DNA of 64,000 bases from Candidatus Bathyarchaeota archaeon (GCA_963832745.1 CAWHVC010000002.1:384001-448000); one strand, 5' to 3'; shown: positions 1 through 9,441, counted from the first letter of the stretch. Translations and numbers: made by a program. The notes: generated from the letters alone by a model not told the origin.

Positions 1-1
1 G

Positions 2-670
2 ATTGACGAATCCAAATGCATAAGCTGCGGCGTCTGCGTTGACAAATGCCCCTACGGCGCAATCAAACTTGAAAAAGGCAAAAAAGCAAGCATAATTACC
101 GCCAGTTGTCACGGATGCGGAACCTGCGTAGCCGAATGCCCACAACATGCTATCACACAAATGCATTTCACAGACGCCCAAATAATGGCTCAAATCCGCG
201 CCGCCTTACAGGATAAGCCCGAAGAAAAAATCATAGCTTTCCTTTGTAACTGGTGCAGTTATGCAGGTGCAGACTTGGCTGGAATTAGCAGATGCGAGTA
301 CCCAGCAAGCGTACGGGTTATTCGTGTTATGTGTAGCGGAAGAGTATCTAACGAATTTATTTTCGAAGCACTAAGGCTTGGAGCTGGAATGGTAATGATT
401 GGTGCCTGTCACTTGCCTCATGACTGCCACTACATTAACGGAAACTACCGAATGAAAGCAAGAACAGACATCCTCAAGAATATGCTGACAAAGTTGGGTA
501 TGAGCCCAGAACGGTTCCGTGTAGAGTATGTTTCCGCCGCTGAAGGCATCCGTTACGCTGAAATCATAAAAGAAATTGACCAGCAAAGAAAAGCTTTAGG
601 CATTGAAAAGATTAAAGCGGAAACCGAAAAACTCAGGCCAACATTGGAAAGGATGTTGAAAACAAAATAG
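2..670 (+). CDS. C-terminal part of a heterodisulfide reductase HdrA-like / MvhD fusion (5'-truncated by window edge)
   Basis: The frame of ORF 161..670 is open back to base 2 and encodes two ferredoxin motifs (CISCGVCVDKCP, CHGCGTCVAECP), followed by MvhD motifs (FLCNWCSYAGADLAG, RVMCSGRV, DCHY). Confidence 0.9.
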   Translation: MDESKCISCGVCVDKCPYGAIKLEKGKKASIITASCHGCGTCVAECPQHAITQMHFTDAQIMAQIRAALQDKPEEKIIAFLCNWCSYAGADLAGISRCEYPASVRVIRVMCSGRVSNEFIFEALRLGAGMVMIGACHLPHDCHYINGNYRMKARTDILKNMLTKLGMSPERFRVEYVSAAEGIRYAEIIKEIDQQRKALGIEKIKAETEKLRPTLERMLKTK

Positions 671-736
671 CATTCATTCTTTTTTTGCTTGCCTTTATTG
701 GAATCTGGTGTACTGTTGTTTGTGCCAAGAATCCCG

Positions 737-910
737 CTATTTTATTGATTTTTTAAACCAAACCATGCCGATTATAAGCACAATAAATGCTCCAATAATA
801 GCCACGGGGTTAATGTATTGAAGCGCAGTGGTTACTGAATAAAAAGCAATGCAGCTTACTAACGCAAGCAGGATCACTGCTGTTCCCACGGCTAAACTTT
901 TACTACTCAT
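737..910 (-). CDS. small two-TM membrane protein (57 aa, not in ORF track)
   Basis: MSSKSLAVGTAVILLALVSCIAFYSVTTALQYINPVAIIGAFIVLIIGMVWFKKSIK; GAGGT upstream of ATG; two hydrophobic segments and a basic tail. Confidence 0.6.
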   Translation of the reverse strand: MSSKSLAVGTAVILLALVSCIAFYSVTTALQYINPVAIIGAFIVLIIGMVWFKKSIK

Positions 911-1079
911 CGAGTTTCAACCTCACTTTTTCCTTTCTACTATTACTGTAAGATGCTGTTTTGATTTAATTCTACGCTTTAGAACAAACCGTTCAACTGC
1001 TAGACAACAAAGCCTCTAAGTGTTCTGGGTTAGGATTTAAATAGGGTCTAAATGATTTTCAATAAAACTTGCCTAATAA

Positions 1080-2360
1080 TTATTCAGCTTCTCCGACTAA
1101 ATAAGTTTCAGTAGCCTTAACAACCCGTACATTCAACGTTTTGCCAAACAAGTCCTTGGGGCTCTCAATAACAACAGGTTTGTAGGCGAAATTACGGCCT
1201 ATCCATGAACCTCCAACTTTACCTGCTTCATCAACAATGACTTCGCCACTCCACCCCTTCCACAACCGGTTTCTTTCAAAAGACAATTGTTTAACCAACG
1301 CCGCTGTGGTAGTGCTTCGACGTTTGATTTCATCTAGGGGGACTTTGTCTTCTTTTATTTTTGCGGCTGCAGTTTTGGGTCTGGCGAAGAATTTAGACAC
1401 GTTGGTAACGTCAGGTTTAACGTCTCTTAGCAGTTGAAGTGTATTTTCAAAAGCTTGGTCTGTTTCTCCGGGAAACCCGACAATGACGTCGGTTGCCAGT
1501 GTTAAATTTGGAAATGCCGCTCGGAAAGCTGCAACGGATTTTTTGAATTCAGCGGCTGTGTAGAATCGGCGCATTTTTTTGAGCACTTGATCATCGCCGC
1601 TTTGAATTGGGAAATGTAGGAACTTGAAGATTTTTGGGCTCTTGTATGTTTCGATCAGGTCAGTTTGCATGTCGCTTATCATGTTGGGCGTCATCATGCC
1701 GACCCTGACTTTAAAGTCGCCTTCAACCTCACCAATGGCTTGTAGGAGTTGGGCAAGGTTTGTGCCGATTTCCCGTCCGTAAGCTGCTGTGTCTTGAGAT
1801 GTAACCCAAAACTCCCGAATTCCAATTGCCAAGTCGGTTTTGACTCTTTGGATTATTTCTGGTATAGTGTAGCTTCGTAGTTTGCCGCGGGCGAAGACGA
1901 CGCAGCAGTATGAGCATGAGCCCAAGCATCCAAAGTTTATGGGTAGGATGCTGATGGCGGGGTTTGTGTTTATTTTGGGTAGGGTTAATTGGGGTTTTTC
2001 TTCTGGAGTTTGGAGGTTGGATACTTTTTCGCCGTTTGCTACCCGGTTTACAAGTTCGATTATGTCTTTGCCGATTGATGGGCCTGCGATGCCGTTGAAT
2101 TGTGTTTCGTTTTGTAGGCGTTCGAGGCTGATTTTTGGTAGGCATCCGATTATTATGATTTTTTTTGTTTTTGGGGTTTGTTTTATTGTGTTTATTATGC
2201 GGTTTTCTGTTGGGCCTTTTACTGCGCATGTGTTGTAGATGATTATGTCGGCGTCTGTTTCGTTTGTGATTTGGTGTTTTGTTTGTGTTAGAATTCCTGT
2301 TATGGTTTCGGTGTCTGCTGTGTTTGCTGAGCAGCCGTAGGTTTTGATGGCGATTTTCAT
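1080..2360 (-). CDS. tRNA t6A37 methylthiotransferase (archaeal MtaB/CDKAL1-type radical SAM)
   Basis: N-terminal TYGCSAN/NTCAVK/GCL motifs, radical SAM GCLGSCSYC, C-terminal TRAM domain; start placed at MKIAIKTYGC. Confidence 0.9.
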   Translation of the reverse strand: MKIAIKTYGCSANTADTETITGILTQTKHQITNETDADIIIYNTCAVKGPTENRIINTIKQTPKTKKIIIIGCLPKISLERLQNETQFNGIAGPSIGKDIIELVNRVANGEKVSNLQTPEEKPQLTLPKINTNPAISILPINFGCLGSCSYCCVVFARGKLRSYTIPEIIQRVKTDLAIGIREFWVTSQDTAAYGREIGTNLAQLLQAIGEVEGDFKVRVGMMTPNMISDMQTDLIETYKSPKIFKFLHFPIQSGDDQVLKKMRRFYTAAEFKKSVAAFRAAFPNLTLATDVIVGFPGETDQAFENTLQLLRDVKPDVTNVSKFFARPKTAAAKIKEDKVPLDEIKRRSTTTAALVKQLSFERNRLWKGWSGEVIVDEAGKVGGSWIGRNFAYKPVVIESPKDLFGKTLNVRVVKATETYLVGEAE

Positions 2361-2576
2361 GGTTGTCACGGTGTTTTTGTTGTATGAATGGTTCATTAAG
2401 TAATTAAAACTTGGGGGTTGTGTGTTGTTGTTTTTGACAGGTTCTTGTTTCATTGCGTGTTTTTGCTTTATAAGGTGTGGAACCAACATGTTATGTGCAT
2501 ATTTGCCGCATGATATATAGCGGTATATCCAACAAAATGCTGTTATGTGTTCACCTGAGAGGGAGCGAGAGAACAC

Positions 2577-2732
2577 ATGAAACTAATCACCCTATACTTG
2601 CCTGAAACTTATATTAAAGCTTTGGACCAGCTTGTGGATGAACGGTTTTACCCCAACCGTGCAGAAGCAATCCGGGTTGCAATACGCGACTTAATTAGTG
2701 CTGAAGTTTGGAGGAGAAAAGGCGTTGACTAA
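2577..2732 (+). CDS. ribbon-helix-helix (CopG-family, CdrS-like) regulator, 51 aa, not in ORF track
   Basis: MKLITLYLPETYIKALDQLVDERFYPNRAEAIRVAIRDLISAEVWRRKGVD; typical RHH strand plus YPNRxEAIR signature. Confidence 0.85.
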   Translation: MKLITLYLPETYIKALDQLVDERFYPNRAEAIRVAIRDLISAEVWRRKGVD

Positions 2733-3018
2733 ACATGAAGAAATTATCAAGTGTCATCTTGACGAGAATCTTGATGACGCAAAAATTGAGGTTGTCCCGC
2801 AGCTTGTGGATAACACCTTGCATCTTTGCGTGCCAGGCCATATCCATGATGAGCTTGCGGTTAAACCTAAAAAACTTAAAGTGGTGAAAACCAAAATGAC
2901 AACAGCACAAACTGAATTGGAAAAAGCCACCTCGCAACTCTATGATCTGGAAAGCGGTGCAAGACCCGCAAAAGTCCTCGACATCGACTTGGACCTTTAC
3001 CAGATGGAAGACTACTAA
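2725..3018 (+). CDS. hypothetical protein, coupled to the RHH gene
   Basis: TTG start overlaps the RHH gene end, GGAGGAG upstream, T-rich tract downstream. Confidence 0.6.
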   Translation: MTKHEEIIKCHLDENLDDAKIEVVPQLVDNTLHLCVPGHIHDELAVKPKKLKVVKTKMTTAQTELEKATSQLYDLESGARPAKVLDIDLDLYQMEDY

Positions 3019-3094
3019 CCCCCCTTTCCCTTCTCCCTCTCTGCTTCCCTTTTAAGAAAAACAATTTTATCCCAGTTCAAACGCATTCTTGGTT

Positions 3095-3812
3095 ATGAGC
3101 CAAAACCAAATTATTCAACAAATCCGCAGCGATTTACAAGCTAACTCGGATCAGCAAACCCGAGATGGCGCCAAACGTTACTTCAAAGAAGCCATCGTCG
3201 TTTATGGGGTAAAAACCGATTTGGTAGGCAAAATTGCTGCGAAGTATTGGAAAGAAGTTAAGTGCGTTGCCGAAAAAGGAGATTTTTGCGCTCAGCGAAG
3301 AACTCTACAAGTCCGGCGTTATGGAGGAAGCGTTTGTTCCTGCCAACTGGCTGCCCAATATTGCCGACCAATTTGAAAAAGAGGATTTGGCGACTTTCAA
3401 ACGTTGGATCGAAAACTATATTGATAATTGGGCGAAATGTGACGGTTTCTGTAACCACACGGTGGGCGACTTCATGATGCGGTTTCCGGATTGTGTTGGT
3501 GAGCTTTTGGTTTGGGCAAAATCTGGCAACCGTTGGCTTAAACGTGCAGCGGCGGTGTCGTTGATTGTTCCGGCGAAGAAGGGCATGTTTCTTGGGGAAG
3601 CTTTTGAGATTTGCGATTTGCTCCTCACTGACCCTGACGATTTAGTGCAGAAAGGGTACGGTTGGCTGCTGAAAGCGGAAACGGAAAAGTATCCCGACGA
3701 AGTGTTAGCGTACGTGATTAGGAACAAGGCGGTTATGCCGCGGACGGCGTTGCGGTACGCGATTGAAAAGTTGCCCAAAGAACAGAAAGCGTTGGCAATG
3801 AAGAAAGATTAG
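3095..3812 (+). CDS. DNA alkylation repair protein (AlkD-like HEAT-repeat glycosylase), frameshifted near 3263
   Basis: ORFs 3089..3376 and 3234..3812 join if one base is removed at AAG-T-GCG; motifs IDNWAKCD, WxKRAAAV, DLVQKGYGWLLK, RTALRYAIEK. Confidence 0.85.
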
Positions 3813-3819
3813 CACAGGT

Positions 3820-4041
3820 TTTCAACATGCTAATGAGGCGTTTTTCAGTTAATACTGACCTACCCCTCTTAGGAGTCTGCATAAGAATTTCAAAAGAACG
3901 GCAGTGAACAGCGAAATGCAGTTGGGCTCTAGCATGGCCCAGTAAAGCGTTAGTTTTTCTTTTTTTCACGCTCCGATTGATAAACCAGCATTCGAGCGTG
4001 CCCTTTAAAGAATTTTGGCGTTAAAAAAGCCTTAAAATAAA
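3820..4041 (-). repeat. conserved non-coding element, copy A (possible structured RNA)
   Basis: Four blocks shared with 53521-53821: TTTCAACATRCTAATG; AATACnGACCTACCCCyCTTAG; ACAGC..AATGCA..TGG.C.CTAGCATGGCCCA; CCCTwTAAAsAATTTTsGCGTTAAAAAAGCCTTAAAATAAA. The repeat is directly visible; the RNA interpretation and strand are inferred. Confidence 0.8.
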
Positions 4042-4058
4042 AGGCGATTAGAACAGGG

Positions 4059-4862
4059 TTAAGCAGTATGACTGTTTTCAATTAGCTTGCTTGTCCTCCG
4101 CCGAAGCACAAAAACTATAACTGACAGCAATGCAATTGCCCCTGCAATAACAGTCAGCACAACCATTTCCCAGTCAGAACCCAACAAAACGTCAGTATGT
4201 GCAATGGGTTGATTCTGGACGTTTTCTGGGTTTAGGGTTGGCGTTGCTGTTGGGGTTATGGCGGATTGGTTTTCGCCAATGGTTAATGTTTGAATGCTGC
4301 TCCAATCGCTAGTTTCGCCATGGAACACCCAAGAATCAAGATCATACAGGTCGCCGCTGGTGCAAACACGATAGCCTATTTTTGTTTGAACCTGAACATC
4401 AATCTGGTCCCCTGCTTTTAGAGAATTTATTTTTAAACCATTCGTCCATGACCCATACGTTATTACTTTATAGCTTTCGTTCCAAACAGGATTCTCCGTA
4501 AAATTGTGCCAATCATTCTCGTAATGACCTTTAATTCTGACCTGCCAAGTTAAGAAAACAGAGCGGGGCGTATCTCCATCCATGTAAACACAAGGCGTAA
4601 ACGATTGACTATTAATCCCAATCTCAATCGTTTTGTTCTCTTCAGTAAAACCTCCACCCGTCTGAACAGTCTTTCCTGAATAGGGGTCAACACCATAAAC
4701 TGGCTCCACATAATACGAGCGATCAACATATCTCACTGTAATCTCTGGAACCGACGGCTTAACAATCATAGTCTGTGCGCAAGCAAATTCAATGAAAGCC
4801 AAGCTTGTAACAAGAATCCCCAGTAACGTCATACAGGTAAAGATTCTGCTTAGAGTTTTCAT
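4059..4862 (-). CDS. secreted, C-terminally membrane-anchored hypothetical protein
   Basis: Signal-peptide-like N-terminus, KPSVPEITV motif, Pro/Thr linker, C-terminal TM followed by RRR. Confidence 0.8.
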   Translation of the reverse strand: MKTLSRIFTCMTLLGILVTSLAFIEFACAQTMIVKPSVPEITVRYVDRSYYVEPVYGVDPYSGKTVQTGGGFTEENKTIEIGINSQSFTPCVYMDGDTPRSVFLTWQVRIKGHYENDWHNFTENPVWNESYKVITYGSWTNGLKINSLKAGDQIDVQVQTKIGYRVCTSGDLYDLDSWVFHGETSDWSSIQTLTIGENQSAITPTATPTLNPENVQNQPIAHTDVLLGSDWEMVVLTVIAGAIALLSVIVFVLRRRTSKLIENSHTA

Positions 4863-4959
4863 AGGTTTTGTTGGGTCTGGGAAGTGATTAAAGGGTTTTC
4901 GTAAACACTTCTTTACCTGCCCCAGTAAACAAACCTTGACTGCCACTAAAAAACTGTTT

Positions 4960-5040
4960 TTGGCTATAAAAATCGCCAATACCGACCTACCCCCCTACAG
5001 GTACACTGCATAGATTGAATATTAGACTGCAAATAGGTTT
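4960..5040 (-). repeat. partial copy (C) of the non-coding element
   Basis: TTGGC-N10-GCCAA hairpin, AATACCGACCTACCCCCCTACAGG, then GCATAGA...AATAGGTT matching 53535-53650. Confidence 0.7.
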
Positions 5041-5046
5041 GCTCAG

Positions 5047-5310
5047 TTAGGGTCCAAGAATCTTTTCAACTTCCACCAAATGCGCCGCCAACTTTTTGCC
5101 CTTCTCGCTCAAAGAGTACAGCGGTGCACCCGTAGACATGTCAACAGCCAAAAGCCCATTATCATCAAGGAATTGTTTGGCTGAATAGAATGCTTTTTGT
5201 CCTGCAACGGAGCCTTTGAGGATTTTTGTTGTTTTTGAGTTTGGGTTTTTGTTGAGAAACAGGATAAGCCTGATGACAGCGGTTAATTCATCAAACTCGT
5301 CGATTTTCAA
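5047..5310 (-). CDS. small winged-helix DNA-binding protein
   Basis: C-terminal YSLSEKGKKLAAHL wing/helix; paralogous to 53829..54110. Confidence 0.75.
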   Translation of the reverse strand: MKIDEFDELTAVIRLILFLNKNPNSKTTKILKGSVAGQKAFYSAKQFLDDNGLLAVDMSTGAPLYSLSEKGKKLAAHLVEVEKILGP

Positions 5311-5375
5311 GGTCGGTTTCAGCTCTTGCAGGTTTATCGCAACCTTGTTCTTTTCGCCTATTATTTGTTTGTACG

Positions 5376-5444
5376 CCTTGAGGATATGCTTGTGGGATAA
5401 AGCTTATATCTGCAAAACGTCTCCTTAAAGGATATCCTGAAGGA
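5376..5444. promoter_or_regulatory. candidate operator array in divergent promoter
   Basis: TCCTTAAAGGATATCCTGAAGGA (5422-5444, perfect AGGATATCCT core) and related CCTTGAGGATAT (5376-5387) on either side of a CTTATAT TATA-like box. Confidence 0.5.
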
Positions 5445-5462
5445 ATACAAAATGGTGATGGT

Positions 5463-5938
5463 ATGAAAAAACAAGAAACAACCCAACCCCCCAAAACACC
5501 AAACCCAGCCGACAAACTCCCCGAACCCCTCAAAACCAACTTCAAACAATACGCATTCAACTGCTCCCCAGCAATTTACCAACTCAAGGCTGCAGCAGCG
5601 CTAAAGCTTTGGAAAGACCGCGGCTATCGAGACATAACGTTTGATGAACCCATGCCCTGTGGGGGCAAATCGGTTTTTGTCAAGGTACTGGTAAGAAAGG
5701 AAGACAACACCATGATTGGGGTGGAATGCGCATCAACCCTCAGACTACAGCGACTAACTGCTCGGATTGCGCTTCTTCGGGCCTGTCTGCCGCCAGACAG
5801 CTACATAATAATAGTTTTCCCAGAGACCGCAGGTGACAGAATAACGAAGGCAACCGACATTGTTGACGAAGTATGGGTAACAGGCAAAGACGGCACGGTA
5901 ACCAGTTGATGTTTAGGTCTGCTTTTTACGAGGAATGA
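5463..5938 (+). CDS. hypothetical protein with degenerate PD-(D/E)xK-like fold; frameshift near 5901
   Basis: Paralog of 54230..54691 (ALKLW.DR, GVECAS, LLRACL..DSY.I.VFPETAG, DEVWVTGK). Adding one base near 5901 gives the tail QLMFRSAFYEE, matching the paralog tail QMLFASVLHLE. Confidence 0.75.
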
Positions 5939-5984
5939 TTACCTTAATGGTCGAGATAAGATTGTTACCAAGATTTTTCGCCAA

Positions 5985-6320
5985 TCAAACATAGGTATGC
6001 AAGTTTTTTGTATTTCCTGCTTTTTCTTTTGTTTCGAGGTAATGTTTTATTTCTTCCATTTTAAAGAAGCATTCTGTATGCATTCCGGACCCAATCCAAG
6101 GACGCTTCAAATCCCGAATAGTTTCGGCTATTCCTGCTGCTGGAATAATACCTGTCAATATAGCGCTCGTTAAACTTGATGTTTCACCAAACCAATTGGA
6201 GCGAGGAAGTTTATCTTTACAAACAAGACAGTGAGAAATGCAATTGTGGCAAAAATGTTTCCCCTTGTTTTCGGAAATAGTTTTAATGTGGTAATTTTTT
6301 CCACATCTTTCACATTTCAT
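5985..6320 (-). CDS. AT-rich hypothetical zinc-finger-like protein
   Basis: CERC, CHNC, CLVC and HTEC pairs; short hydrophobic stretch. Confidence 0.65.
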   Translation of the reverse strand: MKCERCGKNYHIKTISENKGKHFCHNCISHCLVCKDKLPRSNWFGETSSLTSAILTGIIPAAGIAETIRDLKRPWIGSGMHTECFFKMEEIKHYLETKEKAGNTKNLHTYV

Positions 6321-6517
6321 TTTCTAATGCCCAATAAAATATTTGATTTAAAATCTTTAAAATTATTGTCATGTTGCCCGTAGACTGTTTCTAAGGTTTT
6401 TAGTTTACAATTAAAGGATACTGAGAAACGTTTGAAGCATTTCTTGGTTGATTCATTCTCAGCCTATTGTTAATGCTTATATGCTTTTGGTTTTACTTTT
6501 TAGGTTAGGCTTTCAGT

Positions 6518-7936
6518 ATGACCAGTAAATCTTCGTCTATGTGCATTTTTAATACTTTGTCTCGCCAGAAAGAAGTTTTTACGCCGATTGAGGGTGGCGT
6601 GGTTAGGATGTATACTTGTGGTCCAACCGTTTATGATTATGCTCATATTGGTAATTTTCGGGCGTTTGTGTTTGAGGATTTGCTGAAACGTTGGCTGCGA
6701 TACCGCGGCTTCAAGGTCATGCACGTTATGAACCTCACAGACGTGGACGATAAAACTATCAAGGGCAGCCAAGCCAAAGGGATTCCGCTTAGGGAGTACA
6801 CGGATTTTTACGTTAAAGCCTTCTTTGAAGACATAGCCAAACTTAACATTGAACCCGCCGACGAGTACCCCCGTGCCACAGACACCATCCCTGAAATGGT
6901 CTGCAATCATCAAAACCTGCTGGAGAAGGGCGTGGCGTACCGTGGCGAAGACGGCTCTATCTATTATGCGGTTAGCAAGTTTCCAGAGTACGGCAAGCTG
7001 TCGCATTTGAAAGTTTGCGAACTCAAAGCCGGCGCACGCGTTAGCCAAGACGAGTACTGCAAAGAGGAAGCCCAAGACTTCGCCTTATGGAAAGCATGGA
7101 CTCCTGAAGACGGCGACGCCTACTGGATAACTGAACTCGGAAAAGGCAGACCCGGCTGGCACATCGAATGCTCCGCAATGAGCATGAAATATCTAGGCGA
7201 AACCTTTGACATTCACTGCGGAGGAATCGACAACATGTTCCCCCACCACGAAAACGAAATCGCACAATCTGAAGCCGCAACCGGCAAAACCTTCGTCAAC
7301 TATTGGATGCATAACGAGCATTTGCAGGTTGAAGGCAAAAAAATGACTAAACGCCTTGGCAACTTCTACACGTTGCGGGACTTGCTCGCGAAGGGTTATG
7401 ACCCAATCGCCATCCGTTACCTGCTCCTGTCAACGCATTATCGGCAACAATTCAACTTCACGTTTGAAGGCTTATGCTCCGCCAAAAGCGCAGTTGACCG
7501 CCTCAAAAACTTTGTCCGCCGACTCCACGACGCCAACGGCACCGGCAGCGACGGCAAAGTCCAAATGCAAATCAGTCACGTGAAAGAATGCTTCGGCGGC
7601 GCCATGGATGACGACTTAAACATCAGCGTCGCGCTTGCATCCCTATTCGACTTTGTGCGGGAAATCAATAACCTGCTTGACGCGGGCTTAGTCAGCAAAG
7701 ATGAGGCGGCTGAGCTTAGCGATGTAATGGCGGGATTTGATAGTGTGCTTGGAGTCATCGGCAAGGTGGAAGCGGAAGAAGCATTGCCCAGCAACATCGA
7801 CGAACTCGTGCAGAAGCGTGAAGCTGCCCGTAAAGCCAAAAACTGGAAAGAAGCCGACCAAATCCGCGCCCAACTCAAAGCCATGGGCATCGTGGTTGAA
7901 GACACCGCGCAGGGCGTCCGTTGGCACAAAGAATAA
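6518..7936 (+). CDS. cysS: cysteine--tRNA ligase
   Basis: [37 protein letters not shown]-like KMTKR. Confidence 0.97.
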   Translation: MTSKSSSMCIFNTLSRQKEVFTPIEGGVVRMYTCGPTVYDYAHIGNFRAFVFEDLLKRWLRYRGFKVMHVMNLTDVDDKTIKGSQAKGIPLREYTDFYVKAFFEDIAKLNIEPADEYPRATDTIPEMVCNHQNLLEKGVAYRGEDGSIYYAVSKFPEYGKLSHLKVCELKAGARVSQDEYCKEEAQDFALWKAWTPEDGDAYWITELGKGRPGWHIECSAMSMKYLGETFDIHCGGIDNMFPHHENEIAQSEAATGKTFVNYWMHNEHLQVEGKKMTKRLGNFYTLRDLLAKGYDPIAIRYLLLSTHYRQQFNFTFEGLCSAKSAVDRLKNFVRRLHDANGTGSDGKVQMQISHVKECFGGAMDDDLNISVALASLFDFVREINNLLDAGLVSKDEAAELSDVMAGFDSVLGVIGKVEAEEALPSNIDELVQKREAARKAKNWKEADQIRAQLKAMGIVVEDTAQGVRWHKE

Positions 7937-7937
7937 G

Positions 7938-8727
7938 CTAAGCCGTTTTGCCGTTATGGTTCCATTCTTTTGTAGAATACTTGTCTTCGTAGAGGATTTC
8001 GGCAAGTTCCTGCTCATACGGCGTAAAGCTGGTCTTCTTGGAACTGAATTTTCAAAATCGCCTTAAAGCCTTGCTTTAGCGCGTTGACAAGCGTGTCAGG
8101 ACTCATTTTGTGTCCCAATTCGGCTTCTACGCTGGTAATTTTATCTCGGGCAAAATCAGCTGCTTGCGTGCAGGTGGTGCCTTTGATTTTTAGCAGTTGG
8201 AACATCCTGTCAACATCCACGCTACGCAAAAGTGTGCCATGCTGCAGAACAATGCCGCGAGAAAGGTTTTGGCTGCTACCCGAAATCTTTTTTCCCTCAA
8301 CCGTCAAATTCGGGCAGTTCTTCGCATCACCGCTGCTAAAATCCGCTGGAACACCCAAAAGCCGCAACGCATCGGTTACAGCTTCATAAATTTTGAAGTA
8401 GACGGCGGTTATGTCGCTTGTGCTGCCCAGGCTGGCTACATCTGCGGTGACGCTGTACGTGACTTCGCCTTCAAAATCGTGATAGACGGCTCCGCCTCCA
8501 CTGCAACGCCGCACAACATCCATACCCAACTCTTCGGCAGTTTGAAGGTACACCCAATCCTCCACCTGCTGGTTTCTGCCAACACTCACAGCAGACGGAT
8601 TCCAACGGTAAAGACGCAGAGTGTTCGGCGCTTTTTCAGCTACACGGGCTTGCAGTACAGCTTCGTCGACGGCCATGTTCCAAGCGGCACTGCGGGTTTC
8701 AAATGGGAGTAGACGCCAAGTTTGCAT
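7938..8727 (-). CDS. lipoate--protein ligase family protein (frameshift near 8025)
   Basis: NMAVDE, RRCSGGGAVYHD, KKISGSSQ, QHGTLL. Removing one T restores the typical tail LTPYEQELAEILYEDKYSTKEWN, ending at 7938. Confidence 0.88.
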
Positions 8728-8778
8728 AAACGTTCACTTTGAAAGAATAGGATTAAGGTTCACGGTTAAAAGTGTAAC

Positions 8779-9285
8779 TTACAGTTTGGACTTTTCAATT
8801 TGGGCTTTGATGGCTGCAATGTTGCCGTCAACCTGCTCCAGCCACTGCCGGTTCCGCGCCGGGTCCAAGCCTTTGCAAGCAAAGATTTCTTTAGCCTTCT
8901 CCATCGACTCAACAGCCGCTGGCAAACATCCCAACGCAGCCAAAGCAGTGCCCTGATTCACCTGTGCCATCAAATACTTACCCGTTTCCGTAGGGTTTAA
9001 TTCACCGATTTGGTCAAAAAAGATTAGTGCCTTATTGGCTGCGGCAAAACTTTCAATGTGTTTACTCAGTCGACCAAAGGCGGCGGATAAGCCTGCTTGG
9101 ACATTGGCTTCGAATCGGCGCTTGTCAAACTCGACGTCTTCTGGCAGCAGGCTGCAGAGGCTTAACGCTTTTTGGCTGATTTCAACTGCGCTTTGGTAGT
9201 CGCCCTGTTGGAAGGCTTTGTTGGCTTTTTCTTGGGCTTGTTGCATGTCGCGGATTACGTGTGTGGCCTTCATTGGTTTACACAC
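8779..9285 (-). CDS. TPR-like protein (DUF3856-like)
   Basis: Helical repeats; segments PEDVEFDKRRFEA.VQAGLSAA, KAL.FFDQIGEL, GKYLMA resemble the DUF3856 TPR family (from memory). Confidence 0.6.
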   Translation of the reverse strand: MCKPMKATHVIRDMQQAQEKANKAFQQGDYQSAVEISQKALSLCSLLPEDVEFDKRRFEANVQAGLSAAFGRLSKHIESFAAANKALIFFDQIGELNPTETGKYLMAQVNQGTALAALGCLPAAVESMEKAKEIFACKGLDPARNRQWLEQVDGNIAAIKAQIEKSKL

Positions 9286-9441
9286 ATGTTTTGATGTGTT
9301 TCCTTTTAATCAAGCTTTGTAAGCAACTGCCCTGCCCTGTTTTTGGTTGCCGGATTTGCCGTTGTACACTTGCCTATTTGCCCTTTTTGGGTTAAATATT
9401 AATTAGCATGTTTTTTCTAACACCTCTGTAGTGAACGTGTT

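Noticed and set aside
2361-2576. N-terminal extension of the 498 aa methylthiotransferase ORF
   Set aside because: Family homology begins at MKIAIKTYGC; the extension spans the divergent promoter of the RHH gene.
7339-7359. CysRS KMSKS motif reads KMTKR
   Set aside because: Both lysines are retained; conservative variation or a base error, not evidence of altered function.
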